Source: Guillardia theta CCMP2712
Lineage: Eukaryota; Protista; Cryptophyta
DNA: 64,000 nt
Assembly (NCBI RefSeq): GCF_000315625.1
Contig: NW_005434651.1
Coordinates: 478,045-542,044 of the forward strand
Reading direction: 5' to 3'
Positions 50,418-64,000 of this stretch are shown piece after piece. Under the pieces are notes generated by a model that was not told the DNA's origin, made no database searches, and saw only the letters and a list, made by a program, of their open reading frames with translations. Made by a program: the position numbers and the translations under genes. Position 1 is the first letter of the stretch, and the number at the start of each line of letters is the position of its first letter.

Positions 50418-52583
50418 ATGGTGAATGCCGATCTCATAGAACTTGACGGCGATAACGCTCTTGACCTGTTCGTTCCCGCGCACTTCTCACCCATCAAGAG
50501 CTTACATGCTCCCTCGTCTCCTGTCAGACACATGAAGACACCAGACAGACAGTTTGACTTGCTGCCCTCCCCTTCAGATCGCGTCCATGGCTATGAAAGC
50601 TTGTCCAACAGCTCAATGGGCAAACGAAAGATCGCCCTGCTGTCAGGCCATGCAGAAAATGGGGAGAGGGACTGCAAGTCGAAGGATCTGCATGAGCGAG
50701 TCTTAAAGCTGGCGAGAGACTGCAATTTCGACATGAGTCGATTCTCCTCTAACTCGTGCGGGCAAGAGAGGGAAGGGAAGTCGACTGTGACGGTTGAGAA
50801 TCGGAAGGAGCAGGTAAAAGACGAGGGAGGAGGAGAACGTCACAAGGAACAAGTCATGCTAGAAGAGGCCTCAAGTGAGACAAGAAGAACATGTATGCTG
50901 TTCCATTTGGTTCACGTTGGTGCGCAGGTCACGTCCGGGACCACGAGCTTATCAAATGCTGCAGTGTCCAGGAACAGGACATACAGTTGCAGCCTCGTCC
51001 TCCATCAGCGGAATCGAAGTTCCTGCGCAGAGATCCAAGAAGGTCAGCGAGCGCACTTGGATGAGATTGCTCCGAGATGATCGTTTCCTCGCAGGAAGCA
51101 CGCCTGGTGGAGACACGCTAATGCACAATCCAAGCGGTTCACCACGACGAGCCCTGTCGCAAAGAAGCATGTCGAGGGCTGTGGCGAGGGGGAGAGCGGC
51201 GTCATGGACTGGGAGATGCTGAGAGGAGAGGTCAGGCGGTCGGCTGAATCCCTCGGTAAGTGAGGATGAAGCTTTCGCTCTCGTTCGTGAAGGGGTCGCA
51301 GGTATCAGGATGAGCTCGACCTGCTTGCCTTCTGCTACGGCGAGTGAAGTCTCGACGAGGGTCTCAGACATGGCAGCGCGGTATGAGAGCAGCATCATGC
51401 CGCTGCCCCAGCACAGGGAGAGAAGCTTGCTGTCGGCAAACGACTCGCTGGTCCGCAGCAGGCATCTGAACGAGAGTTTGTTGGCCTCCTTGGACGAGTT
51501 GAGCAGGCAAATCATGACAGTCACCAGCCTCTTCGAGCCTCCGAGGAGGGAGGAAGGAAGGGAGGACGAGAGGAAGACGGAAGGAGGAGGCGGGGAGGGC
51601 AGGAGGAACGAGTTGGTTGTCTCCAAGGCTAGGAAGAAGTGGGAGCGAGACATGGGTGTTTCAGTCACCGTTGACTTACCTCGGGCTGTGCTGAGAGACC
51701 TGATGAGGAGAAGTTTGTCGGACAGAATGTTTCTCCTAGTTCAGCGGTAACTCTTTCTTAGATGCTCCTCCTCCTCCTCCTCCTCCTCCTCTCCTCTCCT
51801 CTTCTCTGTCTTCTTGTTCTTCTACTTCTCTATTCCCATCTTGCAGTCTTCCTCCTTCCTCCTCATTGACTCTGAATTTCAGATCTTCCTTTCCCCTCGT
51901 GGTTTTTTCAGTCCGTCTCCTTCCTCGAATTCAGTTCAGCTCGAGAAAATCGCTACCTACCTGCTGCAATGTTACTTCTTCCTTGCCTGTCATACAGCTA
52001 TCTTCGTCTCCCTCCTCCTCCTCCTCCTCCTCCTCCTCCTCTTCCTCTTCCTCCACCTCTGTTGGGATCGAACTCTCCGTGAGGCCTCTGGTCTGTAACT
52101 CAGCGACATCTTCGCATGAGAAGCAGACATTGCAAGGTGATGAAGATAATCCTTCCTCCTCCTCCTCGCCTTCTATACTTATCCCCGCGCTATACACCCC
52201 TTCCTCCCCTCCCTCCCTCCCTCCCTCCCTCCCTCCCTCCCTCCCTCCCTCCCTCCTTCCTTCTCCTCCCTCCCTCCCTCCTCGCCCCTCATTCTTCACT
52301 TCAGGAGGAGGACATGTTGCGGAGTTCGACAAGTCTGTGCACAAGATTGAGTGCATCTCGATCGGTATCTTTCGTCCTGCCTCTAGTCTATCTCACTGCT
52401 GTCGTCCTTACAGACCGTGCGGCATCGACAGTTACCAACATCAAAGTAGAGCAGGAGAGAGAGAAGGGAAGGAGAATCGGCGACAAGGGCAGTGGCAGCA
52501 AGGAGTCGATCATGATCAAGACAGAGAACAGGAGGAGAGGTCTCTCGTGGTCGAGCTTGAGCAAGACCAACATTCTCAAATAG
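50418..52583 (+). CDS. Hypothetical multi-exon protein
   Basis: Long first exon MVNADLIELD..., with further exons bounded by GT-AG; no recognisable domain. Confidence 0.5.
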
Positions 52584-52645
52584 ACATGATCGTTTAATTC
52601 AATTGAAAAATTAAGTTAGTCACTATGATCCCCTTTCTCTCCTTC

Positions 52646-53700
52646 TTAAGCCCCTCTTCTCTCTTGAAGCTCGTAGTCGTAGTCGTAGTCGTCATATCCT
52701 CCTCCTCCTTCTCCTCCTCCTCCTCCTCCTCCTCCTCCTCCTCCTCCTCCACTCTCTCTGCTCTCTCCTCTTCTGCTCTCTCCTCCTCCTCTTTCGTAGT
52801 CGTCATCATTTCCATCGACCTTGTTTACAGATCTCCTGTAGTCGAAGCCTCTGGGGTGCTCCTCACTTCTTGCCCCGCTTTGCTCCGTCCACATCTCCTC
52901 CTCCTCCTCTCCTCTTGCACTGCTCTGCCGCTCTGTCCATGTCTCCTCCTCTCCTCTTCCTGCCCTGCTTCGCTCCTCCGTCCAGATCTCCTCCTCCTCC
53001 TCCTCCTCCTCCTCCTCTCTGCCCCTGGTCCGCTCATCCGTCCAGATCTCCTCCTCCTCCTCCTCCTCCTCCTCCTCCTCTCTGCCCCTGGTCCGCTCAT
53101 CCGTCCAGATCTCCTTCTCCTCCTTCTGTCCTCGCCCCCAGCTCCGCCCTGTCCACTCTCCGTCCTCCTCAACCTCCATCCCTCCTCCCCCACCGTTCCG
53201 CTGCTCCGTCCACATTTCCTCCTCTCCTACGTCCTCCTCCCTCTCCCTCACCCCGCCCCACCCCGCGTGAACACCTCCTTCCCCATCGCACCTCTCTCCG
53301 CCCCTCCTCCCCTTCTTCCCCTTAGCATACATGCAATCCAGGAACCTCCTCTCCATCTTCTTCGCCACCCTCTCCGCATCCCTCGGGAACATCTCATTCC
53401 AGTACTCCTCGAACAGGTTGAAGGCAGCCCATCGACCGTCCAGCCCCACCTTTGTCGCCATTTTATCCTTCTTCCACTTGGGGAGGCTGCTGATGAAAAT
53501 CTCCAACTGCCTCTCGCCCTCCTCCGACTCCTCCTCGAGGAGCCTCCAGAGGCCTTCCAGCCCCTCTGCGACTCCTTCCTGCACCTCCTGCACTTGCTCC
53601 AGCTCCTTGACATCCTCCTCCAGCGAGGCATTCTGCAGCCGAAGGCGCCTCTGCGAGTCATAATATTAGGCATGAGGAGATGGAGGAAGAGAAGGATGAC

Positions 53701-53735
<35 letters not shown>

Positions 53736-53924
53736 GGAGGAGGAGGAGGAGGAGGATGAGGAGGTGGTCGTGGTGGTGGTGGTCGTGGAGGAGGAGGGTA
53801 GTGAAGGAGGAGGAAGTTGTAGTGGAGAGTTTGGGGAGGCCCAACAGGAACAGCAAGGGCAGGAGCAAGAGGACCCCACAGCAACAACACAGACACGAGG
53901 ATAAAGAGGGAGATATGATAGGGG

Positions 53925-53957
<33 letters not shown>

Positions 53958-56178
53958 CAGTAACAGCAAAGAGGAAGTAGGAGAAAGACGCACGTGCTGC
54001 TCTGCCAAAGGCTGCAGAACAATGTAGAGGTCCCGATCGATCTCTGTCATGTTCTTCACTCTGTGGAGCTAGTCACTCGCTCCCAGTCCTTGCAGAGAGA
54101 TCACCTGTCGGCGAGATGCTCAGGGACAGAGTTGGCCCCCTCCTCAAGCTTCTTCAGCAAGGGTTGGTACTCTGGCTCGTCTTCCCGCGAGTTGTCAGTT
54201 GGAGCAAGGAGTAGATCGGAGTAGGAGGAGAGGGAAGAGAAAGATTGGAGAGAGCGGAAATTATAACGAGCGAACGAAAAAGAGATAGAAACGGAACGGT
54301 CGGAGACAAATCTGGATGTGAGGGAGGAGGAAGAGGAGAGGGAGGAGGAGAAGGAATGGGGAGGGGGAGAGGATGGGGGAGATGAGGGGAAAAGAGAGGG
54401 AGGAAGGGAGGAAGGAGGAGGAGGAGACTCACTGTGAAAGACGTGCCGTATGAAGCTGTAAAGCGTCTCGTTGGACTTGTAGGTCGGGTTCAAGTCGAGC
54501 TCTTCAAGAATCTCCCTCGCTCCCAGCCTCGGGTCCTCCCGGGCCTGCCGCAGGAGCTCCGGGGGCTTCTCCCCTTGGTAGATCCTCTTCAGCTGGTCGA
54601 CCGCATCGGGGATCTCGAGGAAAGGGTTGGCCGGTTCCTTCAGCTCCTCCTCGTACTTGGGCAAGATCGAGAGGTCTGCGTATCCCCTTTCCCCCTCCTC
54701 CTCCTCCTCCTCCTCTACTTGAAGCATCTCTCGTCTCAGCACTGACAGCGTCGAACTCTGCTCCCTGCTCTGCCGCTCCACGTCTTGCTCGAGCTCCTGC
54801 AGATTCTGCCCGAAGCGAACCGTTCCTGCCCTCCTTGCTCCGTGCCACACAAATCCAGAGACCTGGTTCGACTCTGAGCTCCCTTTTGCACTCTTTCGTG
54901 AACTCTTTTTGCACTCCTCCCTCCCGCCCTCCCTCCCTCCCTCCCTCCCTCCCTCCCTCCCTCCCTCCCTCTCTCCTCCCCCCGTTTCTCTCACCCTCCC
55001 TCCCTTCCTCACCTTGCAATCGTCTGAGATCGCAATCTGAGCTCCCTGCGGGGTAGGACCAGCTTGCAGCATGGAAGTGAAGAGCCTCTTCATCTCGGAA
55101 CCTTGGATCTGCCACGTCATCAGCCTACATCTGCATCAGGTCTCTCCTCCCACCTCGACCCCAGCTTCATTGTCGATGCCGATCGCGATTCCCAGCATAT
55201 CAAAACTACAGCAGGGCCCAGGGTCACAACAGGAAGGCGACGAGGTCGGGGAGGGATCTACCGACAGGACGAGAGGAAGCATCGGGATCTGTCCAGCAGG
55301 CAGACGCCTCTGTCTTCACCCCCACTCCATGAGATCTCACAACTGAGCGCACGAGAACCTCAGGAGAAACCTCTCACAGGGGATTCATCACCCTTGCAGT
55401 GCACAGAACGATTCGTGGGCCAGCACGATGATGTCGGTCCTGGTTGTGGAGGGGGGGAACACGTCTGGCCTCCTCCTGATCCCCCCGATCCTCGACGAGT
55501 AGACTGCGAGACAAGCCTGGTCTGAGCAGAAGATGGCAGCCTGCGGCCATATCACTCCCTCGCATCCCGCGCATTCTCCGTCCCTCTCACCCCGTAGTCG
55601 CAGATCACGTTGCAAGTGTCGAAGACCCAGGGCGCAGAGAAGCTTCCTCCTTGCACCAGACAGCACATGTCTGATGACATCTTTGCTCTCAGCCTTGTCG
55701 ACATTCCGTACCAATGGCCGTGTGTGGCAGGACAAAGTTGCCACCTCCCCTTGCACACCTGAAAGCTCTTCATCAGCACGGCACAGCTCCTGAGCCCAGC
55801 ATGTCAGTCACAGAGGCTTCTTCGCCGACGAAGGAGATGTTGTCGTTGATTGCGACGGTCGTTGTGTACTCCCACTCCTGCACTCCCGCTCCGACGCACA
55901 CACATCCTCCAGGATCCAGTGAGTCCACAGCCTGTTGGATGGAGAAACCGTCGTCTGTCACACAGCGATCAATGGAGCATATCCACTGGCGTCACAGCAC
56001 CTGGAACTTTGATGATGTTGTTGGGATCAGGATACTCCATCACCCTCAAGTCTTCTATCGACCTCCCCCCTCCTCTCAGTCGCAGTGGAGCGAAGTTCCT
56101 CGCCGACTTCCCATCATGATGAAGATCTGTAGCAGTGATCGCAGCATCGCTCAGCAGCAGGATCACTGCGAGCAACAT
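52646..56178 (-). CDS. Signal-peptide/LRLRGG-leader protein with a right-handed beta-helix-like region and acidic C-terminal repeats, multi-exon
   Basis: MLLAVILLLSDAAITA..FAPLRLRGGG; DDGFSIQQAVDSLDPGGCVCVGAG resembles the typical beta-helix entry motif; GVCLLDRSRCFLSSC-type turns; EEEEIWTDERTRGR repeats. Confidence 0.65.
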
Positions 56179-56499
56179 GGTCCGCGCTCTTGCCTCCTTG
56201 GGGTCACAAGCAGCCCTTGAGACAAGGCTCATTTTCCTTCCTCTGACTTCCCTCCGCTCAGATTTGATCCTCACCATTACACGCAAGTCTCCTGCTGACC
56301 GTCATGCTGCCCCTCAAGGGAGCGATGCAAGAGGAGGAGTGTGTGTACCACGGCACGATCAGACGAGGAGGAAGGAGATGGTGGGGCAGCCGGCGGCATG
56401 GAAGAGTGGGAGACCGCAGCGGCTCGTCCTGAGGGCATGGAGGGGAGGGCGAAATCAGTAACTAAACTCTAACTAAACTTAAACGGGTTTAGTAAAACT

Positions 56500-57070
56500 G
56501 TGCGATACTAGCACTTGCACCCGCCGGTCGTGAATTGAACGGCGCCGTAGGCTTACCGGGCCCAGTGTCGGCGCTGCCTGAGAGGCTACTCAAAGTTAAG
56601 AGTTGTACTGTGCCAAAGTAATGCATGTGAAACCCAAGCATTCAACACGTTAGGCGGCTCGTCTTGGTCACGTTTACAGGAGAGTTCAAGTTTTGTTAAT
56701 TCGGTCGCTATCTGACCATCTGGTGAGGACAGTGATCCGATCACTGGGAGCCGGCGTTGCGGCAGTGTCACCGGACTCCCCCGGCTAGGCTCCCGGCTAC
56801 ATTACGTCCCGGCTACTACCTTCATTACGATAGTAATGGCTCCCGGCTACATATAGTAGGCCCTTGACGGGACGGTAACCGTGGCTCCTGTCAGCTCATG
56901 CGGCCACTGCCGCAGTGCTCAGCGACAACTCCGACGGGAGTCAGTGACTCTCAGTACGGTACTCACAGGCTAGTTGAACTGCGGCTCCGAGGCCGCTCGG
57001 GCGCGCCGCGGCCCGCCGGGCGGCCGTCCGAGTCAGGCCGGCGGCCCGGAGTCGGGGCGGATGCGGCCCC
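56500..57070. promoter_or_regulatory. GC-rich divergent promoter region with CCCGGCTA x4 and a conserved dispersed element
   Basis: Lies between head-to-head genes and shares sequence blocks with 38691-38896. Confidence 0.55.
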
Positions 57071-57492
57071 GGAATGAGCTAATTGAGTTTCGAAGAGTCG
57101 CCACACAGAAAATGGCAGCGTTTTGTGCGATTAGATCGACTTTGCGCGTCGCCTCCTCCTCCTCCTTCTGTAGACATGATCTGTTTCTCTTGTGTTGATT
57201 GCAGCCATGTCCTCCTCCCTCCCTCCTCTTCGTTGCTCTCTGCCATCTGCCTCCGTCCTTTCATCCTTCCTAGTCTGGCAGCAGCCTTTTTCTGCCCCCC
57301 TTCTTCCCGTCTGCTCCTTGGTGTCGCACTCTCAATCCAATTTCTCCTTCACATGTGTGCTCTCTCTCTATATACCGTTTCTTCCTCCCACGACTCGTAT
57401 CTCATTTTAATCTCTGCATCGCTATCTATGCGCTCGTTTTTTAGCAGGTACACCATATCTGTGCTCTGACGCTCTGTTTGTAGGCTCCAAGC

Positions 57493-59039
57493 ATGATTCA
57501 TGCTGGTGCTCAACGCACCAGGAAGGATCTTTTAGTTCTGATCGCGACATCGGGAGCTCTCTGTGCTGTCTTGTGCATAGTCTCGTTGAACAGAAGCCAG
57601 GAATCAGTCTTGGTTTCCAACAGGCACAACGATGCTGTCGAGAGCATGAAGCAATCTGCTCGTCAGCTGGAGAAAGAGGGGTTCGTCGACCAGGGGAAGG
57701 CGCTGATGAAAGAAGCCTCGCAGCTTGAAGACAAGGAGAAGTCGAAGCAGCCATCGCAGAGAACCCCATACGCACAGCAGCGCCGCCTTGCTGCCGGCGA
57801 GTTCAGACCAGCTGGAGGAATGCTGGGGTTCGCACCACGCAGAGCTTTCTCCTCGCATACTCCAACTTGGATGCCCATGAATTCTAACCCGCCGTTGGCA
57901 CAGCCAAGGCGGATGATGCGCCCTTCGTACATGCGTCCTTCGTACATGCGGCCGGCCATGACTTGGAGTTCTCTGCAAGAGGGGCCAGTCGAGGAGGTGA
58001 TTGACGAACCTCTGCCCCGGGAAGTCGTTGCTACCGGATTCCCGGCGACGTATGATGGCGCATGGGGCTCATCGTTCAAGAAGAATGCTGGGGGGAATGA
58101 GGAGGCGATGAGAAGGGCTGGAGTCAACTATGATGACTATCCGTTGGATGTGTACCGCAGTGTTCCTTACATCCCCTTCGACCCAACAGTTGGCACAGAG
58201 AAGGAGTTCAAGGCCAAGATTCGTGCCTCCAAGCAAGTTGTGAATCCCTACACACTGAAGCATGGTAGGAACAAAGGCGGTGACGTCATGCCTGCCGGTT
58301 GGGGAGTGTGGAACGAGGGAACTGCTGGAGAAGACAAGTTGAGGGCGAAAGGCGTTCCCGTAGATCGCTGGCCGATTGATTTCTACTCCGGCTTCCCCAA
58401 TCCAGCGTGGGATGATACTGAATTCGATAAGGCCAGGAGAATCCCGAAGGCCCCAGTGGAAGACGCGAAAGCAGCTGTGGAGCGCCATCGTGAATCTCAG
58501 AAGAAGATAGAAAGCGCTGGGGTGAAATCCAACGGGATTCCATGGGAGTCACAGGACAAGCCAAGGAAGTACAACTCAGTGAGTCTTGTGTATGCAGCCC
58601 GGCATTCGCTCACGTGATTCTTTGCTCAGGTTGATGGCATGATGGATACACTCGTTCCCTACGAGGTTCTGCTCTCGATGCGACGCTTCTCATGGTGAAC
58701 TGAACTTTTGTCCAGCAAATCCCTCAGTTCCGGAAAGGAGGCGTTGCTCCTCAGGAGCATCCTGCCCACTTCTTGCTGGACGAAAATCCGAACGGAGCAG
58801 CTGACACGCAGGTAGTCTATGGAGGTGTAGAATGACTAGTCTCTTATACTGTTCTGCAGGCAAGTGCAATCAACAAACTGTTTCAATCTGGCGATTTGGA
58901 TGCAAGGAGACAGGTGTGTATGTTGTGCAGTTGAATTGTCGTTTCCCAGGAGTCATCGCTAACTTGTATGACTCAGCCGATGGTTGACTTGGAGGACGGC
59001 ATTGAGATGAATCCTGAAAACCCCGTTTCATTCTCTTAA
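57493..59039 (+). CDS. Hypothetical type II membrane or secreted protein with internal repeats
   Basis: N-terminal TM segment LLVLIATSGALCAVLCIVSL; 374-aa ORF followed by four short GT-AG-linked exons to TAA 59037-59039. There may be an upstream exon near 57112. Confidence 0.75.
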
Positions 59040-59249
59040 ATTTAGATCGATTGTTTTCTCTTGTGTTGATAAATCTTCCCGAACCAAAATACAGCTTTCC
59101 ACCAACAATCACTCGATGAAAAATTCACAACCCGATGTCTTCCTTGTGGATACCGAAGCCACTGGGTGATAACCATCTCTTTTCAACATGTGTAGAAACC
59201 ACCAAGAGAGTTCCTTGCATAGCCTTGACGAAACAGTGAGAGGTCTAGG

Positions 59250-60030
59250 TAATAATCAGTATCGGATCTAACCGTTGTTCGTCAGCGCTGAGTGCGGCTT
59301 CTCCTCGAACTCCCTAAGGGGCCTCCCTCCATTTCCTGCAGAGGAGATCAGACGAAGACCACAAGACCTCCTTCCTTTCGCATGCTCTCACCGTAAACCC
59401 GGTTCACCGGCTTCGGAGAAGTAGAATTTAGGATTGACTCCACCATCGGATCTTTCTTGGTGTTCTGCACAGGTACACCAACTTTGCTCAGCGCTGAAGG
59501 AACGACAAGAAAACACTGATGGGGCACGCACAGGATCTGTCAGATCAATCGCCCAAGGAGGAAACGGCGTCTTCCAGTCCCTGTCCTGGATTCGTTTTGC
59601 CGGTAGCTCTTGCACCTATCCAACGCATGAGCTCTCTGACATGATCCCTGGTTCGCAGCGAGGACCCAGACGCTGCTTTCACCTTCTTTCCTGTTGGAGA
59701 TCGTGACAACCAGAGTCCTCTCTCTGAAGGAGTTTTGAGATCTCTTCCGTCTGACTGTAAAACCTTCTCCTTATGCAGCGCCTGCACATTGGCCGGAGTC
59801 AGCAGGCTACCGTGACGGACATCGAGCATCCTTCCTCGAGGTCCGCGCGCTCTTCTCTTTCCGTCCTCTTGTAGAGAGGCGGCTGTCTAGGTATCGTGGA
59901 TGCTGCTCGTCATCATCAGAATCCGTCAGGAACCAAACCAACAGGCATCAATCGATCTGAGGTGGGACACAATGATCTTGCTCACGCCAGGGAGAGGAGA
60001 GACGAACTAGTGACAAGAGTCGCATCCTTC
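59250..60030 (-). CDS. Hypothetical small multi-exon protein
   Basis: Exon-like segments ALHKEKVLQSDGRDLKTPSERG and ELPAKRIQDRDWKTPFPPWAIDLTDP between splice-like sites; ends uncertain. Confidence 0.4.
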
Positions 60031-60601
60031 GTCATCTTTCCATCACCCGCATACAGCTCAGACTAGTACACGCTGCCATCCTCCTCCTCTGACCTTTCGG
60101 GCGCCCCCGCGTTCCCCCGTTGCCCTGCATGTTCGATGTCGGTTCTCTGGTCACCCCGACCGTACTACCCTAGTACTACGAGGTCAACCCTTGAAGCCTT
60201 GGAATTCTGCGGCATTGCAGAATCTGTCCACCCCATCATCCTAGTAAATACTGCTCTATAAAGATGGGGTAAGGTGATACCACCTACCCCACTCCTTCAT
60301 AGTACCCTACCCATTCGGAAATCCAAAGAGTCATGCTCATTCAACGGAAATCTCATGACCCCCATCCCCACTCATCCCATTCCCAGTATACCCTCATCCC
60401 TCCTCGTGCCCCACCACTTGTTGTTTGACATCGCTGGCATGGCCGCGCGGGGGACTTGTCCTGCGCGCCGTTAAGTGAAGGTATCAGTTAAGTTTGGGGG
60501 ACAGCAGTCGGCAGGATTGGGTTTGGTTCTCGCTGTCTTTTCTCTTCTCGCCGTTTGGCCTGTGCGACAGTGTCAGGGTCAAGCCTCCTCGACTCTCCTG
60601 A

Positions 60602-60636
60602 TTGTCCTCGTACTGCTTTTTAACTTAACTTTGAGT
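60602..60636 (-). repeat. Dispersed AT-rich motif copy
   Basis: 34/35 identical to 44278-44312. Confidence 0.85.
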
Positions 60637-61021
60637 GAAAATGTTGTTTGTTCAAGGCAGAGATCAAGGCAGGAGGCCGTGGGATGGAAATGGGGAAGGA
60701 GGAGGAGGGGAGGAGAGGAGAGGAAGGGAAGGACGCAGATAGGGGAGGGGAGGGAAGATAGAAGACAGAAGAGAGAGGGAGAGAGGACAACAGCAGAAGA
60801 GTCGTTGACTTGAAGGAGGGGAGAAGAATATGTATCGGAGGAGATTCAACGAGAGACGATTTATCTAAAATACGACAGCCACGTGATGCGATGTTTGAGA
60901 AGGATTCATAGACATGCTCATGTAGCAATCCAGCAGCATGATGCTAGACGAGGAGATTTCAATGTCTTGCGCGGTCAAAGCATGAAGGACATACATTCGT
61001 GATGGAGTGAAGTTCCACTGA

Positions 61022-64000
<2,979 letters not shown>

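Noticed and set aside
52625-53980. 451-aa plus-strand Leu/Ser-rich ORF
   Set aside because: Antisense shadow of the acidic C-terminus and microsatellite introns of the minus-strand gene.

Overview
Gene-dense eukaryotic nuclear DNA with many short (about 45-60 nt) GT-AG introns, a strong CTGAC branch box and introns full of (CCT)n/(GGA)n tracts. Several genes start with a signal peptide + Phe + transit-peptide leader, which points to an alga with a red-derived complex plastid, most likely a Guillardia/Hanusia-like cryptophyte (inference). Contents in order: the 3' part (over 17.6 kb) of a giant multidomain extracellular protein; ATG11/FIP200; a signal-peptide gene with a G-patch-like motif; a tandemly duplicated 1.7-2.1 kb unit carrying an expanding 15-bp minisatellite; a PB1-like protein; a plastid-targeted METTL21-type methyltransferase; FANCM; an unknown multipass membrane protein; a plastid-targeted BPNT1-like phosphatase; a signal-peptide-bearing mitochondrial-carrier-family protein; a beta-helix protein with an LRLRGG leader; several hypothetical genes; and the 5' part of an organellar ProRS. 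The most unusual non-coding signals are (i) a 26-35 bp AT-rich motif in inverted orientation around whole genes, (ii) a fragmented conserved element shared by two GC-rich divergent promoters and (iii) two mutually exclusive sequence dialects in upstream regions. There are three 100-N assembly gaps. Gene models were spliced by eye, so coordinates are gene spans and some ends are approximate.
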